Shown: positions 49,535 through 60,591, counted from the stretch's first letter. The stretch: 64,000 nt of DNA from Candidatus Bathyarchaeota archaeon (GCA_963780185.1 CAWABA010000001.1:128001-192000), one strand, 5' to 3'. A program made the numbers and translations. The notes: generated by a model from the sequence alone, not told the origin.

Positions 49535-50881
49535 CTATTGTTTTTGTAGTTTTGCTATGAAGAATCCGTTGCATTGATGAACGTTCGGGTAAAGCCGCTG
49601 GCACTGGCTAAGTCCACGCAGCCCCGGCAGCCCCAGTTCAGGCTTGATTTCTGCCAAGCTAAATTCCGGGTGGTCTTTGAGGAACCGCTCGATGATTATT
49701 TCGTTTTCTTCAATCGTTATGCTGCATGTTGAGTAGATCATGACGCCGCCAGCCGCCACCATTTCCGCGCAGTTGTTAATCATGCTCCATTGGATGTCTG
49801 CCATTTTGCTGATTGATTTTTGGGTGATTCGCCATTTGGATGAGGGCTGCTTGGCGAAGATGCCCGTTCCCGTGCATGGCGGATCCAGAACTATCAGGTT
49901 TGCTTCGCCTGAAAACGGCAGGCTGACACATGCGCTGGCGATGATCGGCTCCGCGATTTTGGTTCCCATGCGACTGGTTTCCAGCTTCCACGTCTGCATC
50001 CTGCGCGCCGAAAAATCAACCGAGTAAATCGCGCCGTTGTTTCCCATTTGCTGGGCTAAGTAGGTTGTTTTGGCGCCTGGAGCCGCGCAAACATCGAAGA
50101 CGACGCTGCCTTCTTTGGGGTCGGCGACTTCTGTGGCAAAGCAGCTTGCCTTGTCTTGAACGTAGAATAATCCTTCTTTGTAGCTGGGTAGACTGTTCAG
50201 CGGCTGTTTGGTTTCGCACAATTTGTAGGTGAATTTTAGTGGCGACGCTTTTTCCAGTTTGACGCCTTCCGCATCAAGCTTTTGCACGATGGTTTCTTCG
50301 GTTGCGGCTAAAGTGTTGACTCGTAGGTAAGTGGGCGGCGGGTTCATGCTTCCCTGCAGAAAAGCTATGGCTTCGCTGCGTCCCATAAGGTTGAAGCAGT
50401 AGCGGACAAACCAAACAGGGTGGAAAGTGTCAAGGCTGGTCCGTTCCTCGTCGTCTGCTGCTTCCAGTATGGGTTCCAGTTGGCGTGTAAGCAGAAAACC
50501 AAGGTACTGCTCGACTTCGTGCAGGGTTTCCCAGCCGAGGATGGCTCTTCCCATGCTGGCGATTTGCTGGGCTTCTTGAAGGTTGACTTTTCCCCAGTTC
50601 TTCGCGACGCGGGTTTGGTAAACGTAAAGCCGAAGGAACGCTTGGATGCCGAGGTTGTAGTCGCTGATTTTTTTGGGTGCCACGACGGTGTTGACGAGTT
50701 TGTCGATGAGGTTTCGGCGTCTGGTGACTTCGACGACGAGTCCGTAGGCGTAGCGTATGGCGTTTGGGTCTTTTACGGCGAGTTGGTTTATGGTTTTGGT
50801 GAGGGCTAAGTGTTCGCTGAGTTTCTGCATTTCCATCCAGCTTAGGGTTTCAATGGCGACTGTCCAAGCATCCTTCAACAA
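49535..50881 (-). CDS. RsmB/NOP2 RNA m5C methyltransferase
   Basis: YLRVNTL, VQDKAS, DVCAAPGAKT, LDPPCTGTG, YSTCS...EENE and GFFIAKL. Confidence 0.95.
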   Translation of the reverse strand: MLKDAWTVAIETLSWMEMQKLSEHLALTKTINQLAVKDPNAIRYAYGLVVEVTRRRNLIDKLVNTVVAPKKISDYNLGIQAFLRLYVYQTRVAKNWGKVNLQEAQQIASMGRAILGWETLHEVEQYLGFLLTRQLEPILEAADDEERTSLDTFHPVWFVRYCFNLMGRSEAIAFLQGSMNPPPTYLRVNTLAATEETIVQKLDAEGVKLEKASPLKFTYKLCETKQPLNSLPSYKEGLFYVQDKASCFATEVADPKEGSVVFDVCAAPGAKTTYLAQQMGNNGAIYSVDFSARRMQTWKLETSRMGTKIAEPIIASACVSLPFSGEANLIVLDPPCTGTGIFAKQPSSKWRITQKSISKMADIQWSMINNCAEMVAAGGVMIYSTCSITIEENEIIIERFLKDHPEFSLAEIKPELGLPGLRGLSQCQRLYPNVHQCNGFFIAKLQKQ

Positions 50882-51436
50882 GTATATTCACGGATAGAAC
50901 AAGATACAGGAGCCTCTAAATAAGAATGCAACCACGATTTCCCGAATTCTTCCGCAATTTCCCTCTAAATTCGCTGGCAAGCCTAGAGGTTTTTCACCTT
51001 CGGCGTTTTCCATGTCTATGGTCTTTTTGGTGTCTTTACGCCTGAATCTAAGCCAGATTTAAGCCCTAAACAGAAAAATCAAATCAAATAAGCCGCAAAT
51101 AGAAGCGTTTTCCCAGTGTTTTATCGCCAAGCGGTTAGTCCCACAGACTTTTGATATATTACAAAACTTTCAAAGTTGAAACCGTCTTTTCCCTGCCGCC
51201 CTCAGCTCGAACCTGAAAAAGAACCAAACCCCAAACCAAAAAAGCAACCCGAAACAAGCCCCAAGCAAAAGCCGCCTACCGCGGGGAGGGGTCTACTATT
51301 TACATCGAAAAACCAAAGTAAATATGGGTTCAAGAAGATGACGAAAAAGCTGGGTGGATGAGTGTGTAACTTGGATTCTGCACACAGTGGTTTATGGCAC
51401 TTTCGTCTATTTGGTAGTTAAGCCAGAGTTGAGCGG

Positions 51437-51589
51437 ATGAGTCAAATACGCAGAATCACCCCGAAAACAAGAGCAGGTCAATACATGTGCCCAGAATGCG
51501 GCAAAATCTTCGAAAACAAAAAATCAGTCGACAGCCACATCTACAGCAAACATGAGCCCAGTTTGAAAAGCGCATGGAAACTTGCGTAG
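51437..51589 (+). CDS. 50-aa C2H2 zinc-finger protein (not in the ORF track)
   Basis: MSQIRRITPKTRAGQYMCPECGKIFENKKSVDSHIYSKHEPSLKSAWKLA*. Confidence 0.8.
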   Translation: MSQIRRITPKTRAGQYMCPECGKIFENKKSVDSHIYSKHEPSLKSAWKLA

Positions 51590-51703
51590 CTGCAAACCAT
51601 TTTTCCTGCGTTTTTCATCTGCGGCTTTAAGCTGCAATCTGCTGTTTTTTAGTCACTAAGGTTTTTAGTCTCAACTGCACCATAGAGGGGTAGGTCAAAT
51701 GGG

Positions 51704-54439
51704 ATGGCGCGTACACTCTTAGACTACTGGATCAGCGAACCAGCTAAACCTCTCCCTAAACAAGAGGCTAAAGTGCAAGCCGCGCCCCCGCCTGAAGCAT
51801 CCAGCATTCAGCAAGTCAAGAAGGAAAAGAAACCCCGCAGCTTCCCCCCAGTTGCACCCATGAATCTTCCAGCATCCTACTTTGTCTCCGCCAGCTACGA
51901 CGGACGCCTAAAGAAAGCAGTCATCAAGCTTTACGAGCCTGAGTCAGAGCAACTTTACTTTTGGTACGACAACACGGGACACAAACCCTACTGCCTAACC
52001 AACCTGACGCCGCATGAGCTGGCGAAAATCGACAGGCTGGTTAAGCATGAAGGTTTTGAACGCATGGAAGTTGTCGAAAGATTTGACCCTTTGCTCAACC
52101 AGAAAGTCACAGTCACGAAGGTTATCGCAGGCGACCCCTTAGCCATCGGGGGCAGACCTGAAGGCACAATACGCGACATTATCCCTCAGGATTATCCAAG
52201 GATTGCAGAGGAGGGCGTCGCCAAGGAAGACATCAAGGTCTGGGAGTCAAAAATAAAATATTATCAATCCTACATTTACGACCGCCAACTTCTTCCAGGC
52301 ATGATATACGAGGTCAAAGACGGCAACCTCGTAGCTAAAGAAATTGAAGAAGCCAACGAAAACCTCAACAAAATAAAATCCCTCTTCGTCGACTGCACCG
52401 AAGAAGAACGCAGCTACGCTGAAATCTGGGCAAAACTGCTCGAGTACCCAGCGCCAAAATTCCGCAGAGCAGCCATAGACATCGAAGTTTACTCGCTCCT
52501 GTCAACCCGAATGCCTGATTCGCGGGAAGCAGCCAGCCCAGTCATAGCCGTTTCAGTTTACGGCTCCGACGGCGAGAAAAAAGTGCTGGTTCTGCGACGC
52601 GAAGGCATGCGGGAAGGCAACAAGCATCTGGAAGCGGACATAACAGTGGATTACTGCGAAACCGAGGAAGAGTTGCTTCGCAAAACCTTCGATGTTCTGA
52701 ATGATTACCCCTTCATTTTAACTTTCAACGGCGACGACTTCGACCTCCGCTACCTCTGCCACCGAGCCATGAACCTTGGATTTCACCGAAGCGATGTTCC
52801 CATCGACATAGGCAAACGCGTATGCCTCCTCAAATACGGTGTCCACATCGACCTGTACAAGTTCTTCTTCAACCGCTCCGTGCAGATCTACGCCTACGGC
52901 AACCGCTACCGCGACGTAACCTTAGGCGACGTCGGCAACGCACTCATAGGCGTAGAAAAAATACATTTGGACAAAACCTTCGGGGAATTAACGTACTCTG
53001 AACTTGCCGACTACTGCCTGCGAGACTCAGAAATCACCTACAAACTAACCAGTTTCGAAAACGATTCAGCTATGAAACTGATTCTTGTCTTGGCACGGAT
53101 AGCCAGCATGCCCATGGAAGATGTAAGCCGCCAAGGCGTAAGCCGTTGGATACGCAACTTCATGCATAGGGAACATCGAAGAATGAACATGCTGATCCCA
53201 AATGCCGAGGATATTCTAACCAAGAAAGGCCAAACTTCGTCTACAGCCACGATAAAAGGGAAAAAATACAAAGGCGCCATAGTTGTCGAACCAACACCAG
53301 GCGTCCACTTTAACGTGGCGGTCATGGACTTTCCAAGCCTGTACCCCTCCATAATCAAGGTTTGGAACCTGGGCTACCAGTCAATTGATTGCCAACATAA
53401 CGACTGCAAACACCGCATGATACCTGACACTCCCCATTGGGTTTGCAGCGAGAAGCGGGCTCTGGAAAGCCTGCTCATCGGGTCACTGCGCGATTTGCGT
53501 GTGAAGTGGTATAAGCAGCGTTCAAAAGACAAATCCCTGCCGCCCGAGCTCAGAAGCTGGTACAACATCACTCAAGGCGCGCTAAAAGTCATCTTAAACG
53601 CCAGCTACGGCGTCTTCGGAGCCGAAAGCTTTGACCTCTACTGCCCGCCTGTAGCAGAAGCCACAGCAGCCATAGGCAGATACTCCATCACCCAAATACT
53701 CAAACACGCCGAATCTGTAGGCATCAAGGTTCTCTACGGCGACACAGACAGTCTCTTCCTCAAAAACCCGACTAAAGAACAGATTGAAGATGTTGTCAGC
53801 TTCACAGAACATGAACTGCACATGGGCATAGACGTTGACAAAGTCTACCGATACGCCGTCTTCAGCGAACGCAAGAAAAATTATCTGGGGGTCTTGGAGG
53901 ACGGCACAGTTGATGTCAAAGGCTTAACAGGCAAGAAAAAACACATCCCCATCTTCATCAAAGACGCATTCAACAAAATGAAGGAAAAACTTGCAAAAGT
54001 CAAAAACCCCGAGGACTTCGAAAAAGCCAAAAAAGAAATAGCGGAAATAATCCGTGAGCGTTACCAACGTCTTAAACGAAGAGAATGGGCTGACATGAAT
54101 GAACTTGCATTCCACATGGTTTTGGGTGATGAACTGTCTAGTTATACGAAAACTACCCCCCAGCACGTTAAAGCCGCGCGGATCCTGCAGAAAAGCGGCA
54201 AGGAAATAAGGGCAGGCGACCAGATTAGTTTTGTTAAGGTGCTTAAGTCGTCTTCACGCGGCTCCTTAGATGATGTCAACTCTGGCGTAAAACCAGTGGA
54301 GTTAACTTCCAAGAACGAGGTAGATGTTGACAAGTACATTGCCTATCTGCAGTCTACCTTTGACCAGGTTCTTGACGCGTTGGGCTTAAGTTTTGATGAA
54401 ATCATCGGGTTAACGAAGCTTGAAAGCTTCCTTGCCTAA
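51704..54439 (+). CDS. polB1: Family B DNA polymerase, PolB1 type
   Basis: YFWYDNTGHKPY, DIE, FNGDDFD, DFPSLYPS, K...NASYG, YGDTDS, KKNY and KT.PQHV. Confidence 0.95.
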   Translation: MARTLLDYWISEPAKPLPKQEAKVQAAPPPEASSIQQVKKEKKPRSFPPVAPMNLPASYFVSASYDGRLKKAVIKLYEPESEQLYFWYDNTGHKPYCLTNLTPHELAKIDRLVKHEGFERMEVVERFDPLLNQKVTVTKVIAGDPLAIGGRPEGTIRDIIPQDYPRIAEEGVAKEDIKVWESKIKYYQSYIYDRQLLPGMIYEVKDGNLVAKEIEEANENLNKIKSLFVDCTEEERSYAEIWAKLLEYPAPKFRRAAIDIEVYSLLSTRMPDSREAASPVIAVSVYGSDGEKKVLVLRREGMREGNKHLEADITVDYCETEEELLRKTFDVLNDYPFILTFNGDDFDLRYLCHRAMNLGFHRSDVPIDIGKRVCLLKYGVHIDLYKFFFNRSVQIYAYGNRYRDVTLGDVGNALIGVEKIHLDKTFGELTYSELADYCLRDSEITYKLTSFENDSAMKLILVLARIASMPMEDVSRQGVSRWIRNFMHREHRRMNMLIPNAEDILTKKGQTSSTATIKGKKYKGAIVVEPTPGVHFNVAVMDFPSLYPSIIKVWNLGYQSIDCQHNDCKHRMIPDTPHWVCSEKRALESLLIGSLRDLRVKWYKQRSKDKSLPPELRSWYNITQGALKVILNASYGVFGAESFDLYCPPVAEATAAIGRYSITQILKHAESVGIKVLYGDTDSLFLKNPTKEQIEDVVSFTEHELHMGIDVDKVYRYAVFSERKKNYLGVLEDGTVDVKGLTGKKKHIPIFIKDAFNKMKEKLAKVKNPEDFEKAKKEIAEIIRERYQRLKRREWADMNELAFHMVLGDELSSYTKTTPQHVKAARILQKSGKEIRAGDQISFVKVLKSSSRGSLDDVNSGVKPVELTSKNEVDVDKYIAYLQSTFDQVLDALGLSFDEIIGLTKLESFLA

Positions 54440-55312
54440 TCAATACAGTTGGCTTGCGACGGCTAGCACGGTGAAAACTGCGACGATTACGGCTATTATT
54501 ATGACGACTTTTTTCTCAGACATGGGACGATGATAAGTTATCAGCGTGATTAGGCTTCTTCTGTGTTCAGAGCAAAGTTTGGTTCCGTCGAAGGTAACTT
54601 TGGCTTTTTGCCGCGTGAAGAAAATCGAGAGCAGTATTAGTGTTGAATTGAAGATGTAAGGCAGCATCGAGATGAGTAAGCTTAGTTTTAGGTCTGAGAT
54701 TACGGCGAACGAAGCTATGGTCATTCCTATAGCGAAAGAGCCCGAGTTTCCCACGAAGATTTTTCCTCGAAAATTAAAGTATGCGAGCACCAGCCAGAAC
54801 AGTAAGGGTCCAACCATGAGGATGTAGGAGGACGAGAGAGCCATCAACCCGACTATGACTATGGCTGGGCATATTGTTTCTAAACCGTTTAACCCGCCAA
54901 GCATGTTCACGGCGTTGGTGACTATCATCACGATGACTGGAATGATAATGTAGAAGTAAACTGCGCCCAAATGAAATGAAGCAATGTACGGCAGTAACAG
55001 GGTTGTTCTCGCGCCTATCGCTTGAGCGTAGTATATGAGAGGTAGCGCGGCGATTAACGGCATGAATGCTTTGTAACGCCATTTGAGGTCAATCCAGTCG
55101 TCAAGCAGCCCCATGAAGCCGCCGAAAAGGATGCATGACGCCAAAATCAAGGGCGCTGATATGGGCGCTGAAACGCCTGCGGGGGTCTTTATTGCTCCTG
55201 AGAAGTAGAGAAGAAAAAGGTATACGGTGGCGAATAGGACGTAAAATACGCCAAAGCCGTTTGCTACAAGGGGGTGTCCGGGTTTGTGTTGGTCGGGGAC
55301 CTTTGGGAACAC
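54440..55312 (-). CDS. aglH: UDP-GlcNAc:dolichyl-phosphate GlcNAc-1-P transferase (MraY/GPT family)
   Basis: D.HKPG.P, GLLDD, NAVNMLGGLNGLE and IFVGNSG; adjacent to aglB. Confidence 0.8.
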   Translation of the reverse strand: MFPKVPDQHKPGHPLVANGFGVFYVLFATVYLFLLYFSGAIKTPAGVSAPISAPLILASCILFGGFMGLLDDWIDLKWRYKAFMPLIAALPLIYYAQAIGARTTLLLPYIASFHLGAVYFYIIIPVIVMIVTNAVNMLGGLNGLETICPAIVIVGLMALSSSYILMVGPLLFWLVLAYFNFRGKIFVGNSGSFAIGMTIASFAVISDLKLSLLISMLPYIFNSTLILLSIFFTRQKAKVTFDGTKLCSEHRRSLITLITYHRPMSEKKVVIIIAVIVAVFTVLAVASQLY

Positions 55313-55340
55313 AGCGCCGCTTCCTTGTTGGTAGGCTTAT

Positions 55341-57671
55341 TTAGCCTACTTTTGTGACGCCTGTGCCGGTTTGTCCTGTTGCTGCGTAGTATGCACCGTA
55401 GTTTACTTGGTAGATTGCGACTAATGGCACTAATCCGCCGTATTGGAATGGTGAGGTGCTTAAGCCTGCGATTTCTACTGGTACGAAGTAACTTGGCGTT
55501 GTTGCTTTCCAACTTGTTGAGACGCTAAATCCAGCTTGAGTTAAAGCTCAGACGTACTGTGACGCGGCACCGTACATTAGCTCGTTTATGGTGCAGTTGT
55601 CTCCCTGCTGGTTCCATTGCCATGATCCGCTTGAGCTGTAGTTGCCGAAAGATGTTTCATCTTTCCACTGTGTTAATCCGTTTTTTGTGCCCATGTAGCC
55701 ATCGTTTATGTACATTTGCTCGTAGGTTCCTGAGATCCTTGCCATCCACACGAATTTGCCTTCGTCTCCGTAGCCTGCGGGGGAAGCTACGTAGGTTGTG
55801 CTGCCGCCGTTTGACTGCTGAATCGCCAGCACCATGAATACGACGACGTAGTTTACGCGTCCGGGGTTATCGTAGTTTTCGTAGTGGTTAAGCATCATCA
55901 ATGATTGGTTTTCGTTGCCCATCATCGTGAGGCCTACGTTGGCGATTTGTGTGGCGTTGTACGTGGTGTTATCGCAAAGCGTAGTAACGTTCCCAACATC
56001 ACTTAGCCAGTCGCCGTAATCCCACCAAGAGACTACAACACTATTTGCAGGCGCATTACCCTTAAACCAACTCAACGCTTGACTCCAAGCTCCTACAGCC
56101 TGCGTTAGACTTGTGCCGCCTATCGGGAGGCTTGATGCGCTAAGAGCTGTCGGAACGAAAGACTGACTGATGGATCTTGGGACTCCTCCTGTGGTTTGCG
56201 GTGAGAACGCAACTTCGGTTACGAGGATTATGAATATGAGGAAGATTGCGACTCCGCTGTATTCTTTGCTGACGCGTGCAAGTTTTCGCTTTGTCTTTGC
56301 AAGGCTTCGAGGCGACTCCTTAAGCAGGGTATAGAATGGTTTAAGTATGCTTAAGATGCCGACTGCGGCTATGATGGCGAAGGCTGGAGCAAATATTGCG
56401 AGCAGACGAATCATTGATGATGCGAAGAAAAGTGCTGTTACCGCGAAGATTATGAAGAAGACGTTTTTGGTCGTGGGGTTCCGCAGAATGAAGTACAATC
56501 CGATGAGGAAGAATAGTATGCCGACGCCTAATTCAAGGTAAACGTTTCCCCATGCAGTAATTTGCTGTTCCGCTACTGAGTTAATGATGGGTGAAGACGC
56601 CCTGATGAAGGGGTTCAGAACCGTTTCGAATTTCCCTGTGATTCCGCTGCCGTTGATTAGCCCAGTTACAGATAACCCGGCGAAGCCTCCAACTATTACG
56701 ACTAAAGCGCCGATTGCAACGGTTAGTTTGGTTCTCAGGGTTATGTTGTAATGCAGAAGTTCTGCTATGAGCAGCACTATGAATCCGGCGGCGACGGGGA
56801 GAACTGCTCCTGAACTCAGGTAGCCCAGCCCCATATACGGCACCTTGGTTGCAATCATCAACGCTAACCCGAAGGTTATGCTGTAGCTGACGAGCAGCCG
56901 TTGGCTGTAGCGTCTGAGCAGAAGCATAACGAACGTGAACAAGACTGTGGCGTCAATCATGTAGTATGCGCCTCCCCAACCTGCAATGAAGTAGGCTAAG
57001 GTTGCGGCTGCACCTATCGAGTACATGATGGATGCGCGCAGGGATTTGTTGTTGTCAATTGACCGAAGGAACAGGAAGACGAACAGAATCAAACCGATTG
57101 TGCCTGGAACCTGCGTGTCGAAAAATCCAAGCGAAGTTCTCTCGATAATTGAGGGTTCCAAAGCGATGAAAAGTGCAGAAAACAAGCCTACTGCTCTTCC
57201 GCCTATGTCTTTGCCAAGCAAATACATTACGTAGACTGAAGCTACGCCGATTACGGGAGGAATTAACGCGCACAGCGTCATCATGTTAACGTTTGCGCCC
57301 AAAGCATGGATAACATCGTAGACTACTGCTCCCGTTATGGGTATCGAAGGCAGAGCTGTTGCCATGTTAAGTCCGAAGGGATACCACAGTTGAGTGTTTA
57401 CCCAGTGTGAAGGCCAATAAGGTGAAAGTAAACCGTGGTTAACCATGAACTGTGTCACGGTGAACTGGTAGTAGGGGTCAAACTCGTTGAGTGTTGTCGT
57501 TCCCGCTGAAAGGTTCTCCCAGCGCAACGGCATAATTCGGATGATAAACGAAACAAACAATATTAGCGCTAGCGCAGAATAGGCAATTATCGTGCCGTGA
57601 CTTACTTCAATACGTAGTTTTCCAAAAGGTGCTAGCCTTTTACTAAGCCGGTCTTTAATTCCTTCCCCCAC
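55341..57671 (-). CDS. aglB: Oligosaccharyltransferase AglB/STT3 (in-frame TGA at 55548-55550)
   Basis: NEFDPYY, GFFD, SVAE, SWWDYG, DN.T and DEGK..WM. The frame continues 68 codons past the TGA, including LVAIYQVNY. Confidence 0.9.
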
Positions 57672-57976
57672 TTTAAGCCATCCTTGTCAATGCGATTAAT
57701 TCTTCGTTTGTTAATTCTTTACTTATACACATTGAGCGTTTATTTATGGCTTTCCAAAATGTACCCGCATGGGTCAGCGAACCCTGCGGCTTATAGGAAT
57801 CTGTAATTTAAACAAATGAGTAGGTTTTACTCAGGTTTCCTAACCATTCCAAGGCAAGCTGTCTCTAAAAGAGGCGGAAAATTTGCGGTGACAACTAAAG
57901 AGCAACTGGCGGTAACCGTTTTTTCGCCTGGTAGAAACCCTGTTTTACGCAGGCTTGGCAGCCTGAATTTTGGTTG

Positions 57977-58147
57977 TCAGCGTCTGGGTATGGGTTTAAC
58001 TTCGACATCAATTGGTAACAGTGAAAGTTTCCGACTGCACTTCGGGCATTTTCCGCCGTATTGAGAAATAATCTCGTCAGGCGGTTTCAGTTCAAACCCT
58101 TCATACAAAACTTGATTGCAACCATGGCAAATAACACGTTGCGGCAT
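57977..58147 (-). CDS. 56-aa zinc-ribbon protein (not in the ORF track)
   Basis: MPQRVICHGCNQVLYEGFELKPPDEIISQYGGKCPKCSRKLSLLPIDVEVKPIPRR*. Confidence 0.8.
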   Translation of the reverse strand: MPQRVICHGCNQVLYEGFELKPPDEIISQYGGKCPKCSRKLSLLPIDVEVKPIPRR

Positions 58148-58291
58148 CCAATTCCCCAGTTAATACACAGGTATGGATTATTTATTGGTTGCTTAATGGA
58201 AAGGCTGGTTGGGGCTTTGATGTTTGGACTGCAAACCTTTATTTCAAGAACGGCTATTTTTGTGACGCAGCAGTCTGTGGGTTAATCTGTC

Positions 58292-60370
58292 TTGGGAAAG
58301 TACACGTTGATTATTACTGAGAAGCCTGATGCCGCCAACAGGATAGCCGCGGCTTTGGATGTTGATGGAAAAGGGGAAAAAAACGTTGACTGCGGCGTTC
58401 CATACTATCGGGCTTATTGTGGCGGCGATTTGGTTGTTGTTCCTGCTCTGGGGCATTTGTACACGGTGGCGGGCAAGAAGAAGCCTCACCGTGATTTTCC
58501 TGTTTTCGACTATGAATGGGTCCCGAGGTACCTTGCCGAAAAGGGAGCGTCAAGAATTCGTGTTTGGCTGAAGGTTATTTCCAAGTTGGCGGAGAACGCT
58601 GAAGGGTTTGTTGACGCTTGTGACTTTGACATTGAAGGCAGCATCATAGGTTACTGCATACTCAAGTATGCCTGCGGCGGCAAAGAGCAAACTGCAAAAC
58701 GCATGAAGTACTCCACGCTTACGCGGGAAGAGCTGCAGGAATCCTACGGTCACCTTTTGCCGCATTTGGATTTCGCTCTGGTTCAGGCGGGTTTGGCGCG
58801 GCATGAAGTGGATTGGCTTTACGGCATTAATCTTTCAAGAGCCTTAACGTCAGCTGTGAAAAAAACCAGTGGGCAATACGCTGTTCTGAGCACTGGAAGA
58901 GTGCAGGGGCCGACGCTGAAGTTTGTTGAAGAACGGGAGAAAACCATTGGCTGCTTTGTACCCACGCCATACTGGACCCTGACCGCGAAAATAATGATTG
59001 GCGAATTTGCATGCGAAGCTGAGTACGAAAAAGTTCTTGAGAGCAAGCAGGAAGCGGTGCGGATTGCTGCGGAATGCAAAGCTGGGAAGGGCGAAGTGGA
59101 ATCGGTTGCAGTGGACGAGTTTGCTGTAAACCCGCCTTTTCCTTTTGACTTAGGCGCGCTGCAGAGTGAAGCTTACCGCGTTTTCCGCTACACGCCGATG
59201 CGCACTTCAAGTATTGCTCAAACCCTGTATTTAGACGCGTTAATCTCTTACCCCCGGACAAGCAGTCAAAAGCTTCCGCCAACAATAGGCTACAAAACCA
59301 TAATCGGCAAACTGGCTAAAATGCCGCTTTACACCAAACACGCCTCCGAGTTGCTTTCCAAACCCTCTTTGAAGCCGACTGAAGGTCCAAGGTTCGATTC
59401 TGCGCATCCAGCCATCTACCCAACTGGAAACTTTCTTGAAAAACCTCTCGGGGCACCTGAAAGAAACGTTTTCGACCTTATCATACGCAGGTTTATGGCT
59501 GCTTTCGGTGAACCAGCGATTCGGCAAAGTGTAAAGGTTACCGTTGGCGTTAACGGGAACAAGTTTCATTTGAGCGGTGTGCGTACGCTGAAGGCTGGTT
59601 GGATTCGACTCTACGAGCCCTATGCGCAACTAAAAGAGGTGGTTTTGCCGCCGCTGAGTCAGGGACAAACAGTAGCAATCAAACGGGTGACTCAAAAGAA
59701 CGAATTTACTAAACCGCCACCTCGGTATAATCCCCGCAGTTTGCTCTTGAAAATGGAGAAAGAAAACATCGGCACCAAAGCCACACGCGCAGCAACTATT
59801 CAAACGCTGCAGGACCGCAAATACGTGTGCGGAACAGGCAACTTTGCCGTTTCGGAGCTTGGTTTCGAAGTCGCCGAGGTGCTGTCAAGCTATTGCCCAA
59901 CGATTGTTTCGCCCGAGTTAACCAGAAGCCTAGAACAGGAAATGGACGACATTCAGGAGGGCAAAGAAACCAAAGAAGCCGTGCTGGAAAATGCAAAGTC
60001 CATTCTAAAGCCCGTTATGTTTGAGCTTAAAGCAAAAGAGTCTGAGATTGGTCAACGGCTAAGTGGAACAATAAAGACGTCTCGGCTTGCAGAAAGAACC
60101 GTTGGAGCCTGCCCAAAATGCGCTGACGGGAAACTCGTCATTTTGCGTTCCCAAAAAACAGGTAAACGTTTCGTCGGCTGCACCAACTACTTCCAAAAAG
60201 GCAAATGCAACGTCACCTATCCGCTGCCTCAGAGAGGCGCAATAAAGCCTCTTAGCAGCACCTGCAAAAGCTGCGGGTCGCCGATGATAAATGTGTGGCT
60301 AAGGGGAAGGAGTTCTTGGAAGCTGTGCTTAAACCCCATCTGCCCAACGAAAGGAGAGGCTAAACCGTGA
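58292..60370 (+). CDS. topA: Type IA DNA topoisomerase
   Basis: ITEKP, GHL, D.DIEG, S.GRVQ, ISYPRT (catalytic Tyr), AHPAI.PT, GT.ATR and C-terminal zinc ribbons. Confidence 0.95.
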   Translation: MGKYTLIITEKPDAANRIAAALDVDGKGEKNVDCGVPYYRAYCGGDLVVVPALGHLYTVAGKKKPHRDFPVFDYEWVPRYLAEKGASRIRVWLKVISKLAENAEGFVDACDFDIEGSIIGYCILKYACGGKEQTAKRMKYSTLTREELQESYGHLLPHLDFALVQAGLARHEVDWLYGINLSRALTSAVKKTSGQYAVLSTGRVQGPTLKFVEEREKTIGCFVPTPYWTLTAKIMIGEFACEAEYEKVLESKQEAVRIAAECKAGKGEVESVAVDEFAVNPPFPFDLGALQSEAYRVFRYTPMRTSSIAQTLYLDALISYPRTSSQKLPPTIGYKTIIGKLAKMPLYTKHASELLSKPSLKPTEGPRFDSAHPAIYPTGNFLEKPLGAPERNVFDLIIRRFMAAFGEPAIRQSVKVTVGVNGNKFHLSGVRTLKAGWIRLYEPYAQLKEVVLPPLSQGQTVAIKRVTQKNEFTKPPPRYNPRSLLLKMEKENIGTKATRAATIQTLQDRKYVCGTGNFAVSELGFEVAEVLSSYCPTIVSPELTRSLEQEMDDIQEGKETKEAVLENAKSILKPVMFELKAKESEIGQRLSGTIKTSRLAERTVGACPKCADGKLVILRSQKTGKRFVGCTNYFQKGKCNVTYPLPQRGAIKPLSSTCKSCGSPMINVWLRGRSSWKLCLNPICPTKGEAKP

Positions 60371-60591
60371 AATGCAGGATTTGCAGCAGGGATGCGGAAG
60401 AGGATGGTTTTTGCGTGTTGCATTTGAAGGCTTATCGGAACGTTTTGGAGAAATTTGATGTTTGGCGTAAAGCGTCAGGGCTTGTTTGGATGGAGTATCT
60501 GGGGCAGATTCAGAAAAATTCATTAACTGGATGCTGGGCTAAAGAGGTGGTAGAGCAATTAATTAAGGATGAGAATGGCAATGTCAAATAA
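60367..60591 (+). CDS. Small Cys/His protein
   Basis: CRIC...FC.LH, coupled to topA by a GTGA overlap. Confidence 0.7.
   Translation: MKCRICSRDAEEDGFCVLHLKAYRNVLEKFDVWRKASGLVWMEYLGQIQKNSLTGCWAKEVVEQLIKDENGNVK

Noticed and set aside
50882-51436. Possible replication origin (long intergenic region, A/C skew, GGGGAGGGG)
   Set aside because: No repeated ORB-like boxes and no cdc6/orc1 gene nearby; the 61-aa ORF there is low-complexity.
55548-55550. Selenocysteine codon in aglB
   Set aside because: No redox motif context and no evident SECIS; AglB is not a known selenoprotein.
57765-57789. Hairpin CCGCA-T-GGGT-cagcga-ACCC-TGCGG upstream of aglB
   Set aside because: A single short stem with no further support.
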